Below, piece by piece: positions 1-9,009 of a stretch of 28,799 nt of DNA. Position 1 is the first letter of the stretch. Every line of letters begins with the position of its first letter. The translations under genes were made by a program, and so were the position numbers. Origin of the DNA: a virus (taxonomy: Duplodnaviria > Caudoviricetes); IMG/VR virus record IMGVR_UViG_3300037202_000055, positions 1 to 28,799 of that record, one strand, 5' to 3'. A model generated the notes under the pieces. That model saw nothing but the letters and a program-made list of their open reading frames with translations. It was not told the DNA's origin and made no database searches.

Positions 1-268
1 TCTTCACCGTGCTGAACAGCTTGTGTGCGCTGGGAGGAGCGAACGGCGTCAGACGGTCCTGACCGGGGACGGCGGTCGCGAGGTTACGCGCGATCGTCTC
101 GGCCTCTTCAACGCGCCCGAGGCGCGCAGTAACTTCGACGAACTTTTCCTTAAGTGCGTCGTAGATATCCTGCTTGAAGCCCTCATCCTCGGACTTGCCG
201 GCCATTTTCTCGATTTCGTCAGCCAGCGCAGAGAGCTGCTGTTTGACTTCATGTTTCTTGGTCGCCAT
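1..268 (-). CDS. Probable major capsid protein, N-terminal part only (runs off the window)
   Basis: Not in the ORF track. ATG at 268 reads open to the edge: MATKKHEVKQQLSALADEIEKMAGKSEDEGFKQDIYDALKEKFVEVTARLGRVEEAE... This is coiled-coil-like, as in an HK97 delta domain, and lies directly after the prohead protease. The function call rests on synteny. Confidence 0.7.
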   Translation of the reverse strand, partial: MATKKHEVKQQLSALADEIEKMAGKSEDEGFKQDIYDALKEKFVEVTARLGRVEEAETIARNLATAVPGQDRLTPFAPPSAHKLFSTVK

Positions 269-400
269 CGCTATGTTTCCATAAATGTCGCTGGAGCGCT
301 GCCCGGGCGCGTGAAAATGGGCGGTATCGCCAGCGACGCGATGCGCGGCCCGACTCCCGGTTGCTCCAGGTGTCGGTCGGTAGAAATTCAGAAAGATATT

Positions 401-1729
401 TTAGATTTGGACGGAAGCCCTTAGCGCTTTCGCCTCTGCGAGGCGTTGTTCGCGCACGGATTCCGCACTGAGAACCGTAACGGTCGGGACAGGATCAACG
501 TCCGGCTCTACGTCATTGTCGCCATCAGGATCGGCAGCCGCGTTGCTGGCCAGAACATCCTTGATGCATTCTGTTGCGGACGCGTGATGGTCCATTGCCT
601 TCTGCAGCAACGCCTCGTTGGCGTTGCTGATCTTTCGCCCAGCCTTATCCACTGGCGCGATAATAATTTCTGCGGTTACGTCTTTTTGTTCGGTGATATC
701 TTTTTGCTCGTATTCGTCGGCGATTTCCTTCGCCAACTCGATGACATCAACGGGCGCTTCAGTCTGGGCGAGGCGCACCTGAGCGGCCGTAACGCCAGAT
801 TTAATCGCCTTTAGCTCACCGTCGACGATATCGGCGAATGGCAGTTTATAGCTGCTTCGCAGCACGGGATTCGCGGCGTCGTGAATAAGGAAGCCGCGAG
901 CGGCCTTGGCGCCATCTGGGCAATCGCCATCGAATCCGGCATCATCGAGAACGCGTTTCGCCGCGGCGGCGCCGTCCCAAATCTCGGCATCGGCTACCGG
1001 TAAATCATCGGCGGCGCCGACCTTCCAGTCAGCCGCTTCGGATTTCGCTAGATATTTCTGGCGCGTGGTGCGCGGGGTCTTGGCCTGGCGGAACGTTTCC
1101 TCAAGCACGTTGCGCGGGATCAGCACCTTGCCTTCGCCGTCCAAAATTCGCTCCGCCCATTCCGAGATCGGACCCGTATCAATGCCGGCTGATCGCGCAT
1201 CGATCAGAGCATTTTGATTGCAAGGAATTGGGCACAAACTGACCTCGAGTAAAATTTGCTTGATAAAATCCAAGCCCGATGGCCGCTTCTTGTCCTTGGA
1301 GAATTCCCATTCAGTCGGGATGAAGCCGACCGAGACCGCATTTAGGAATTTGCCGCGAACCATTTTTGCAAGCGTAGCAGCAAACGGATAAATATCTTCC
1401 GTTACGAATTCGAGATCGCCCTTCAGTTTGCCGGCGATAATTCCCAAGTTTTCCCATCGCCCAATGGGTGGCATAGAACTATCGTGGCACCAGAGGCCGA
1501 CTCCGTTCTTTTCTTCGAAGTCTTTAAGATTTGTCCATCCAGATTGTTTGATGAGATCTCCGGAAAGATCTATGCTCTCGTCGCTGCATGTAAACCGAAA
1601 GACGTTCGGATTTGCGCCGTCGACCTGAGCTGGATCGCCAGGCATCGCCCGCAAAATACGGCAATCGGGTTGTGCGCCATCCTTGGCGGCAATCCTGAAC
1701 GCATCTGCAGTCAAGAGTTCTATCGGCAT
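401..1729 (-). CDS. HK97-family prohead protease with long C-terminal extension
   Basis: Motifs D-x-x-G-D-x-I, LWCHD, AVSVGFIP and LLEVSLCPIPCN. C-terminal KAGRKIS motif and acidic tail. Lies in the head module. Confidence 0.9.
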   Translation of the reverse strand: MPIELLTADAFRIAAKDGAQPDCRILRAMPGDPAQVDGANPNVFRFTCSDESIDLSGDLIKQSGWTNLKDFEEKNGVGLWCHDSSMPPIGRWENLGIIAGKLKGDLEFVTEDIYPFAATLAKMVRGKFLNAVSVGFIPTEWEFSKDKKRPSGLDFIKQILLEVSLCPIPCNQNALIDARSAGIDTGPISEWAERILDGEGKVLIPRNVLEETFRQAKTPRTTRQKYLAKSEAADWKVGAADDLPVADAEIWDGAAAAKRVLDDAGFDGDCPDGAKAARGFLIHDAANPVLRSSYKLPFADIVDGELKAIKSGVTAAQVRLAQTEAPVDVIELAKEIADEYEQKDITEQKDVTAEIIIAPVDKAGRKISNANEALLQKAMDHHASATECIKDVLASNAAADPDGDNDVEPDVDPVPTVTVLSAESVREQRLAEAKALRASVQI

Positions 1730-1740
1730 TGAAACCTCGT

Positions 1741-2664
1741 TCAGTCTATCGGTGCGCCTAGCGCGGCTAGGCGGGCGCGCAGCCGATCAATGAGAATGTC
1801 TTTTTGGTGGTGTGTGAGCCAGCGATTGACTTTAGTCGCCGAATGGCGATTGCGACCGGCTTCGGATTTTTCGCCAACACTTTTCTCGTCGTGACAGACG
1901 GCGCATAGCACCTGAAGATTAGCTAGCTTCGTTTGTCCGCCACGCATCATTGGTATGATGTGGTCAATCTGCCATGTTTTTGGTGGCGCAAAAAAATCGA
2001 GCGGGACAGCACAATTCTGGCAGGATGACCCGGATCGCTCAAACAGAAACGCTCTTAGAAATTTTCCAGAAGCGCCGCGCGATGCATATTCAGCGTCTGG
2101 ATCGGCCAACATTTTAGCTCGGCCTGTATTTAGCCGCGCCGACTTGCCGAGATATTTCTGAAGTACCCCAATGTGATGCCCGCAAAGCGTGTTTCGCGCG
2201 TAGTCACCCTTGCGGGTAAGCAGCGTCTTGTGTGCAAGATATTGTCGGCCGCGGCTAGATTGAAGGATGGTTCGACAGGCCATCGTCTCATTGCATTCTG
2301 GCCAACAACATTTTATTTGATGAAGGCCGAATGCATCGGTGCATTCTCTCGAGCAAAATGTGCTCTTCTTCAACTGGCTTCGCCGCCGTGTTACGGGATT
2401 ACCGCATTGATGGCAGGGCGCACTTACATGCGTCCTAAGTTCTACCGCCTCACAACATGCCTCTGAGCACAGCCACTTGCCTGCTGTCGGATGCGCTCTC
2501 TTCGGGTTTGTTTTTCGGATTAATCTATTTCTCCGGCGATAGTGCAGTCTATTGCATTCGTCGCAGGGGACGACTTCTCCGGTTTTTGGTCGGCTTCCGA
2601 CCTTCCGCGCGATTGCGGGGATGCTGTCAAACAGATCAAAAAGGGGTAATGTATTTTTAGCCAT
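1741..2664 (-). CDS. HNH endonuclease with several N-terminal Cys (zinc) clusters, homing-type insertion
   Basis: CQNC...IDHIIPMMRGGQTKLANLQVLCAVCH HNH motif; CxxC and CSxxC clusters; SD GGAGG upstream. Confidence 0.88.
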   Translation of the reverse strand: MAKNTLPLFDLFDSIPAIARKVGSRPKTGEVVPCDECNRLHYRRRNRLIRKTNPKRAHPTAGKWLCSEACCEAVELRTHVSAPCHQCGNPVTRRRSQLKKSTFCSRECTDAFGLHQIKCCWPECNETMACRTILQSSRGRQYLAHKTLLTRKGDYARNTLCGHHIGVLQKYLGKSARLNTGRAKMLADPDAEYASRGASGKFLRAFLFERSGSSCQNCAVPLDFFAPPKTWQIDHIIPMMRGGQTKLANLQVLCAVCHDEKSVGEKSEAGRNRHSATKVNRWLTHHQKDILIDRLRARLAALGAPID

Positions 2665-2695
2665 TGTCTCGCGCCTCCAGCGCAGATGATGGTTA

Positions 2696-2730
2696 GGGTT
2701 GGCGCGGTGTTACAAGCACTGCGTCAACCC
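2696..2730. promoter_or_regulatory. 14-bp stem-loop upstream of the HNH gene
   Basis: GGGTTGGCGCGGTG-TTACAAG-CACTGCGTCAACCC. A -10-like TAAAAT lies just upstream on the minus strand. Confidence 0.55.
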
Positions 2731-2791
2731 GCTAATTTTACACTTTCTCCCGTTAAAATACTAGAAGTTTCCAGTTACCGGCATCCCAAAT

Positions 2792-3853
2792 TTACGGCGC
2801 GACCAACGCGGCGAGCGGCCCGAAATTGTTGGAATCTCCAAGCCCATGCACGACTGCATGGAATCGCTCGGTTCCGAGGACGGCGATCTCGTCCTGATCG
2901 AGATAGCGATCCGCCGAACGCGCCAGGGTCAGACCGCGGCGCTGCCCGAGCGCCCCGCCCTTATACATGTCACCGAAGGCGAGCATCGTGGCGCCGGAAA
3001 GCGTCGTACTGATCAGCGGAAGTTTCTGAGTAAGGATGACGGGGAAGCCCTGGAAGTAGGGTGTCATCACCCCATCGAGTTCTGCCATGGGCAGATAGCC
3101 GCCGCCAGCGATGCGGATGAGGGTCTGAGCAAGACAGGTCTGAGAACAATACCATGCCGCATTCGGGATCGCGGCGGCTGTTACCGACGCCATCAGACTG
3201 CCGAGATCATTCGAATCGAGCGTCAAAAATGTATTGTGGCCGGTGGCAGCAACGACCTTTGCCTTGGCATGATTGCCATCGAGCACGATGGATCCGATGC
3301 CGCGCATCGTTCCGTACTTCGAAGTCCCGTCGCCATTGAAGGCGCAATCGTCTTCCTGAGCTGCGAATGCGTAGCCGATTTCGTTCGCTACAAAATCAAC
3401 GATGTCCGAGATCGCATCTTCTTCAAGCTCGCTCGATATCCTGATGAGCGAAGCGATCTTCTTGGCCGTAAGATTGACCTTATCGAGAGTGACGGCGGTC
3501 TCTACGTTAACGCCAGCGCTGTTATTACCTCCAACGAAGAACGCGCTGGCGCCATCTAGGCGCCGCGGAACATCGGTACTATCAGACGCCATCGGAATGA
3601 TGCGGGCGCGACGACGGAAGGCGCCGTAAGTATCGCGAATATCCAAGATCGCGTTCGAAAGTTCGTTCGGAACCAGGAAGCCGCCGCTGGAGTCGATACC
3701 TTCACCGGTGGCCTTTGTGATCGCCACGTTATTCGATTTGCACCACGTCAGCGCTTTTTCGTTATGATAGATCGTAGCAAGGATCCATTGACCGGCGCGC
3801 TGATATCGCGCCTCGATCTCTGGACCACGCCCCGGAAACGCGCGATGCCTCAT
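2792..3853 (-). CDS. HK97-fold major capsid family protein (no coiled-coil delta domain)
   Basis: GGFLVPxELSNAI, LTAKKIASLIRISSELEED, AFNGDGT, GFPVIL and AFGDM motifs. ATGA overlap with the portal stop. Confidence 0.9.
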   Translation of the reverse strand: MRHRAFPGRGPEIEARYQRAGQWILATIYHNEKALTWCKSNNVAITKATGEGIDSSGGFLVPNELSNAILDIRDTYGAFRRRARIIPMASDSTDVPRRLDGASAFFVGGNNSAGVNVETAVTLDKVNLTAKKIASLIRISSELEEDAISDIVDFVANEIGYAFAAQEDDCAFNGDGTSKYGTMRGIGSIVLDGNHAKAKVVAATGHNTFLTLDSNDLGSLMASVTAAAIPNAAWYCSQTCLAQTLIRIAGGGYLPMAELDGVMTPYFQGFPVILTQKLPLISTTLSGATMLAFGDMYKGGALGQRRGLTLARSADRYLDQDEIAVLGTERFHAVVHGLGDSNNFGPLAALVAP

Positions 3854-5238
3854 TCGTCATCTCCTGATTCTAATTCGGTCGCGCCAGTGTTCTGGACGAA
3901 ATCGCTTTGTTCGCTCACGATGTACGGCGCTATCGCGGATTTCTGCGGAGCGGCCGGTGTACTTGGAGTATCCGGCAACGTTCCGCCATCGGGACGACCG
4001 GCACCGTCCGGCGCTGCGCCTGACATGTCCGAACCGCTGGGCGCAAGATTGACCGGCGTTAGAAGGACGTCGCCGCCCTCCAAAGGAGGATCGCCATTTT
4101 CGGCGCGGCATTCATTTTGTGTCGAGATGCCCGACATGATCTTGAGGCGCTGGTTATTGATCCGCGTCGCTTCCGCGGCACGAAGCAATCTGCGCTCGTC
4201 GAAATCAGCAACTAGACCTTCTTTATCCAGATTGAATTTCTGAACGAACTTCTGTTCCCACGCGTCTAGATCAGGCATGATCGTGGTATTGACGTATTGC
4301 TGATCGGCGTCGTCAACCTTGAGCCTCGACATCTCGCCCTTGATGCCGAGCTTGTAGAGCGGCATATCAAACCAGCGCGCAATGTCGCCTATCGAATATT
4401 CACGCTGCGCTATGAATTCCAGATCAACCGAGCTAAGCTGCGTCGCCTGCCATTTCAGTCCCTCTTCAAGGATCGCAGTTTTTCCGGCGTTGTTAATGCC
4501 GGATCTGAGCTGTTCCCATTGCGTTCGCAATCGGGTTGCGGCGTCGAGAGATAGAAGTTTGTCCGTCTGCAGCACGCCACTCGGACGCGCTCCGTTATTC
4601 ATGAATCGTGCGGCTTGCTGTTCGAAGCCCATCGCTAGACCGATCGAGTCTCGCGCGATCGAGATCAGAGAAAGGCCCATCAGCATATTGAAGCCGATAT
4701 TCCGAAGATGAAAAATATCCTCTTCCGGAATCATCAGTGGTTGCGTTTTCAGGATGGCATTCAAAAAGATGCCCTGACGCGTTACCGAATAGAAGATTTC
4801 GCCGCCCGGCGCCTCGTAAAGGATTACAAGATCCGGATTGATCGGAATCAGCGCGGTCGGATTTCCCCGCCCATCCCGCATGATGACCGCAAACGCGTTG
4901 CCGCGAAGCAAATACGCTCCGTGCATCTGGCGAGCCCATTCGGTCCAGTCTTGCCACTGATTTGGGCGTTTGAATAATTTCGCGACCGGATGATTCGTGA
5001 TCGGCTTATCGGCGCGCGCAGAATTCTCTCTCATCAGCCGCGGCGAACAACGCGCAACATCCTTCGACCTAATCGAGATACAAGCAAAGACCGTCGAAAC
5101 ACTGACGGCGGTTGTCTGATTGACGGCAAGTCCAGTTGCGGACTTCGTTCCACCGAGCAACGGATATAACGTGGAATTGCCGGTAGCTTTTTCGACCGTC
5201 CCGCCAAATACGCGGCGGCCCCAGTCGATCAAACCCAT
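3850..5238 (-). CDS. HK97-family portal protein
   Basis: STVFACI, LLRGNAF, IFHLR, NGARPSGVL, NAGKTAILEEGLKW, IARWFDMP, TQNECR, PLEGGD. Confidence 0.96.
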   Translation of the reverse strand: MGLIDWGRRVFGGTVEKATGNSTLYPLLGGTKSATGLAVNQTTAVSVSTVFACISIRSKDVARCSPRLMRENSARADKPITNHPVAKLFKRPNQWQDWTEWARQMHGAYLLRGNAFAVIMRDGRGNPTALIPINPDLVILYEAPGGEIFYSVTRQGIFLNAILKTQPLMIPEEDIFHLRNIGFNMLMGLSLISIARDSIGLAMGFEQQAARFMNNGARPSGVLQTDKLLSLDAATRLRTQWEQLRSGINNAGKTAILEEGLKWQATQLSSVDLEFIAQREYSIGDIARWFDMPLYKLGIKGEMSRLKVDDADQQYVNTTIMPDLDAWEQKFVQKFNLDKEGLVADFDERRLLRAAEATRINNQRLKIMSGISTQNECRAENGDPPLEGGDVLLTPVNLAPSGSDMSGAAPDGAGRPDGGTLPDTPSTPAAPQKSAIAPYIVSEQSDFVQNTGATELESGDDE

Positions 5239-5249
5239 AAAGAATTTCC

Positions 5250-7130
5250 TTAGACGACTAGAATCTCTCTAGTCTCATATACTGAGGCGTCGGACCCAAA
5301 TTCGGCGATTGCCGCACCCGTCGACATCGCTATCGTTACGAGACCGTCAATTCGTCCGCGTGAGCGTTTTTTATCGAATGCCCTGTTCTTCTGACCGTCT
5401 GCAATCAGAAGGGCATTCGCCGCGCAAGAGTAGGTCACGGGCGACCGCTCGATGGTGATGCCGTTGTTTAGAATTCGATCCTCGAGTCGCTCAACGGAGC
5501 GCGGCATACATAGCCGCTCGATCGGTTGCCCGTTCTGATCCAACTCTTTGTAGAAAATAACTCGCGTACCCTGACCATGCGAAACTAGTTTAAGACCTTG
5601 GCCCCGATCAGTGTCCGGACCTTCCCAGAGCCAGACCGCGAAACCGTTCGTCTCGCAAGCCTTCATGAAGTCGCCCATGCCGGCCGGATCGAATGCTAGA
5701 AACTGAACATCGAACTCGCTGCAGATCTCGGCGACCTTGGCTGCGATATAAGTCTTGTCGATCACGGCACCGGTGACTGCTGTCAGATATCCGTCGGCTT
5801 CCCATTGCACATAAGGCGCGTTATCGGACGTCGCTCGATCGGCGAGTCCATCCTTCGTCGTCCAGTACCAGGTCTTGGCCCAGAGATGCTTGCTGTCGTC
5901 AATCCAAACTGCTGTTAGCGCTGTCAGATCGTTCTTCTGTGATAAATCGATCGATAGCCAGCATTTGCATTTCTTCAGTGCTGGCAGATCAAGGTCGCCC
6001 TGAACGGCCGACCATGCTTCTTCCGCAATCCAGAAGTCCACTGAGCCTAGCGGGATTCCGAAGAAGAGACGTTTGACGGACATCGCCGTCGATATTTTCC
6101 ATCTTGCCGTATTGACTTCGCCGCGGATATTTTCGACCGGGAAAGTAATATTAAGCGCGGGAAGCGCCTTAGACCAGCACGCCTCGTTATCGAAAACGGT
6201 TTCTCGGTCGGCCTTGTCGACGCGGGCGATGAAGGCAAAAGCCTCATCGTCCCTAATCTCTCCCCTCGCTACCTTCTGATAAAATTCCGAATACTCTGTG
6301 CCAACGATCTGCGTTGACGCCGGCGTGTTTGTGCCAAGCAACATCAATGCGTCGCCCGACATTTTAGCGATTGCCCGCATCCACGTCTCGATCGACGCGT
6401 TAGTTTTCATCTCGTGGATTTCATCAGCCGCAACGAGTATCGGCTTAGGTCCGGAGATCGCCTCGCCATTAGCCAGAGACTGGAAAACAGAATTAGTATC
6501 TGGATGCTCAATCTTGAAGGCATTATCCAGAATTCCGCGGATGACTACTTGGCCGCGGCTTTCTAGCGTGTCACCATCTTCCGGATCGGAGCCCGGTATA
6601 GGCGCGCGGCACATCGCCGCCGCATCCTTGAACAAGACATTCGCGGTCGCCTTATCCTGGCCGATCGCGTAGACCTTGGCGCGCTGCACGCCGTAATAGC
6701 CCATCATGTACAGGCCGATGGCGGCCATCAATGGCGATTTGGCTTGACCCTTTCCGGTCTCAAACCAGCCGGAGCGAAACCGCATCCGGCCGGAGTCCTT
6801 ACGCCAACCGAACAGCGAACCCACGCAAAACGTATGCCATGGCAAAAGATTGAAGGGCTGCCCAACCTTTGCACCCTCAGTAATCGATAGGACTGCCGGG
6901 AAGAAACCGAAGGCATGTTCGGCTTTCTCTGGGCACCAGTGAAGGCCGCGCGCCGCGCCGTCTACCAAATCCTTAAGATGGCGCTCTGCGGCATGCCGGA
7001 CTATCTCGCCGGAGACAATCTGTCCTTTGACGACATCACGCGCCCAGCGCGTGGTCGGATCACTTGGTAACCGACTTGAGGTATCCACCGCCGATGAGCG
7101 ACGGTTTTTGCCTCTGGACTTTTCCGCCAT
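5250..7130 (-). CDS. terL: Terminase large subunit
   Basis: LLPWH, Walker A-like GKGQAKS, Walker B AADEIH, IDLS..DLTA and C-terminal RIDGLV. The true start may be a few codons downstream of 7130. Confidence 0.96.
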   Translation of the reverse strand: MAEKSRGKNRRSSAVDTSSRLPSDPTTRWARDVVKGQIVSGEIVRHAAERHLKDLVDGAARGLHWCPEKAEHAFGFFPAVLSITEGAKVGQPFNLLPWHTFCVGSLFGWRKDSGRMRFRSGWFETGKGQAKSPLMAAIGLYMMGYYGVQRAKVYAIGQDKATANVLFKDAAAMCRAPIPGSDPEDGDTLESRGQVVIRGILDNAFKIEHPDTNSVFQSLANGEAISGPKPILVAADEIHEMKTNASIETWMRAIAKMSGDALMLLGTNTPASTQIVGTEYSEFYQKVARGEIRDDEAFAFIARVDKADRETVFDNEACWSKALPALNITFPVENIRGEVNTARWKISTAMSVKRLFFGIPLGSVDFWIAEEAWSAVQGDLDLPALKKCKCWLSIDLSQKNDLTALTAVWIDDSKHLWAKTWYWTTKDGLADRATSDNAPYVQWEADGYLTAVTGAVIDKTYIAAKVAEICSEFDVQFLAFDPAGMGDFMKACETNGFAVWLWEGPDTDRGQGLKLVSHGQGTRVIFYKELDQNGQPIERLCMPRSVERLEDRILNNGITIERSPVTYSCAANALLIADGQKNRAFDKKRSRGRIDGLVTIAMSTGAAIAEFGSDASVYETREILVV

Positions 7131-7587
7131 TGTTGCGTCGTCGCGGTGTGATGGTCAGCTCCGCTTCAGCGGCTGACGCCATCGCATTCGCATCCTTTAA
7201 TACTGTGAACCACGGATTATAGGCGGGCTGCTTTTTGCCCTTGCGCGGGAACACCGCGCCTTCTTCCGCGACGTGGCGCATTGCGATCTCATATAGAACA
7301 TAGCAATCTATCAGCCGCTTAATCTGGCGTTCATTAGCGTTCGCCAGTTTCTCGGAACTTCGAAGCTCGCCGACGATGACCCGCCATTGCTGGCGCGCCA
7401 ACTCCTGATCTAGTTCATCAGTAAATTGCGTAGACCAATCCGGCTCGGTAATACCATCCACGATCGACAATGGAACCGGCGCCTTGCGTGGCTCCAGTGG
7501 AGACACCTTATCTTTTGGTTTGCGGCCGGCGCCGATACGCTTCCCGCCATGCATCGACATCAGATTTGAATTGTTCCTCAAAATCAA
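7060..7587 (-). CDS. terS: Terminase small subunit (P27-like)
   Basis: HGGKRIGAGRKPK N-terminus; NPWFTV...ELTITPRRR C-terminus; directly upstream of terL. Confidence 0.9.
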   Translation of the reverse strand: MILRNNSNLMSMHGGKRIGAGRKPKDKVSPLEPRKAPVPLSIVDGITEPDWSTQFTDELDQELARQQWRVIVGELRSSEKLANANERQIKRLIDCYVLYEIAMRHVAEEGAVFPRKGKKQPAYNPWFTVLKDANAMASAAEAELTITPRRRNNGGKVQRQKPSLIGGGYLKSVTK

Positions 7588-7589
7588 GA

Positions 7590-7745
7590 AATCAAAATGA
7601 TAACAAGTTCAATTTGTTATCGCCATATTGACCTCATTATGCGATGGGTCGGTCTTGATTTCAGGTCTTACTGCAAATGGAGCTATTTGACCGGTTCCAG
7701 CCTCTATTTCGGCCGGCAAACAAACCCCTATCCCCGCTGCATTGC
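7590..7745. other. Candidate cos/packaging-site region
   Basis: Intergenic gap between HNH and terS with G-runs on the minus strand, the usual cos position in HK97-like phages. The exact site cannot be identified. Confidence 0.4.
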
Positions 7746-7746
7746 G

Positions 7747-8115
7747 CTAGATTTTATTCCAAGGATGTGCGGGGTCAATTGGTCTGCCGTTGGCGTCACT
7801 GCCCGACATGAAGCCACGCGCCTCGTCGCGTTGTTTAGTGCTGTTGTGGTGCGTCTCGCATAGAGCCGCCCAGTTATTATTCTTGTCCCAGAACAACGAC
7901 TGATCGCCACGGTGTGGCTTGATATGGTCGACCACGGTTGCAGCTACCTGCCGGCCCATGCCAGCACACTTGATGCAATGTGGATGGGACTTCAGATAAC
8001 CTCTGCGAGCCTGACGCCATGCGGCGCCATATCCTCGCTGCTGTGCTGTTGCTCTTGCATCTGTCACAGTAGACACCATTGAGCGCGTGGCAAAGTACGG
8101 CGACCAGAGTAACAA
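7747..8115 (-). CDS. HNH endonuclease, terminase-associated (HK97 gp74-like)
   Basis: RGYGAAW..R..YL..HPHCIKC...ATVVDHIKPHRGD..LFWD..NWAALCETHHNS. True start probably near 8080. Confidence 0.92.
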   Translation of the reverse strand: MLLWSPYFATRSMVSTVTDARATAQQRGYGAAWRQARRGYLKSHPHCIKCAGMGRQVAATVVDHIKPHRGDQSLFWDKNNNWAALCETHHNSTKQRDEARGFMSGSDANGRPIDPAHPWNKI

Positions 8116-8118
8116 ACA

Positions 8119-8403
8119 TCAGGCGCAGTCATCGTCCGGCGCGCAATATGCCACGTCGCACGGCAATCCATTGTCCGCGTGGTCCATGGTCAGATCACGA
8201 TCACCGCCTACGGATGATCCATGGAACAGATGCTCAAGCCCGATGGTTTGACGCCTACGTTGGATGCGAGCCTTGCCGCCATCCTCTGGCAAATCGTCGA
8301 TCAACGGAGTTGTTGGGAAGCTGCTTTCGTAAATAGCTTGGGCTTGCCGGATTAACGCATCGCGATCAACTTCGGGGCGAAATGGAATAATTGTTGCGCT
8401 CAT
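8119..8403 (-). CDS. Hypothetical protein
   Basis: ATG with GAGG upstream; IIPFRP N-terminus is typical of small alphaproteobacterial phage proteins. Confidence 0.65.
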   Translation of the reverse strand: MSATIIPFRPEVDRDALIRQAQAIYESSFPTTPLIDDLPEDGGKARIQRRRQTIGLEHLFHGSSVGGDRDLTMDHADNGLPCDVAYCAPDDDCA

Positions 8404-8688
8404 ATTGTCGCCTCGCGAATATTATTTGCGCCGGTACGTTGCCGGGTTGAAGATGGTAATCCAGAAAATCATCAAGAGCATGACGGCTTCCCCTCGGATA
8501 AATTTCGCCCCGTCCCTACCAATCAGGATGGCCTACCCTCTATGTGGACTTACGGCGCTCGGGGCCGGTCAGGCGATCAACTCTGACCGTTTCTCAATCG
8601 AAATCAGATCCAAAATGGAGCACCTGATAGACGGCCGGGCCGCGCTTGGATGCTGGAATATGGAATAGGCCCCAATGGCTGCATGAAA

Positions 8689-8916
8689 TCATGCTACTGG
8701 TTCCTTTGGGTGTTCGTGTAGATATTTTGAATCATAACTCTGTTCTGGCGTGTCTTCCGGCAATAGTGCAAGTGACTGCAACCAAGCGTCGCCCATCAAT
8801 GCTGTAGTCGCCATCGTCATCGCCAGCATTTCGAACGGATCAGGACCAATCCAGAAGGCGCGGTCGCGATTTGATTTGGCTCGAAAATCGGTCCCATAGA
8901 TGATCTGTGCTGTCAT
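8689..8916 (-). CDS. Hypothetical protein
   Basis: ATG 8916 (MTAQIIYG...) preceded by GGAAGGA. Confidence 0.6.
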   Translation of the reverse strand: MTAQIIYGTDFRAKSNRDRAFWIGPDPFEMLAMTMATTALMGDAWLQSLALLPEDTPEQSYDSKYLHEHPKEPVA

Positions 8917-8940
8917 GCTAGATCCTTCCATGTAAGGCAC

Positions 8941-9009
8941 CGGGCGGCGCTAGCTCTCTGGTGCCACAAGGGCTCATGTATATTTGAAGAGAGCTGCAAG
9001 CACCGCCCG
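8941..9009 (-). promoter_or_regulatory. Long stem-loop in the putative late leader
   Basis: Minus strand CGGGCGGTGCT/AGCGCCGCCCG (11 bp, one G-U) plus AGCTCTCT/AGAGAGCT (8 bp), with a 3-nt bulge and 28-nt loop. Confidence 0.55.

Noticed and set aside
2846-3559. 237-aa plus-strand ORF and the many other antisense ORFs in the track
   Set aside because: They shadow well-supported genes on the opposite strand of GC-rich DNA and show no motifs.
7877-8119. ORF beginning MFVTLVAVLCHAL with a TGATG-coupled start
   Set aside because: It almost wholly overlaps the HNH gene in another frame. It may be the remnant of a secreted-protein gene, but cannot be supported as a CDS.
8500-8570. Hammerhead ribozyme, from CTGA...GAAA
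   Set aside because: No CUGANGA core with a correctly placed stem II and cleavage triplet.
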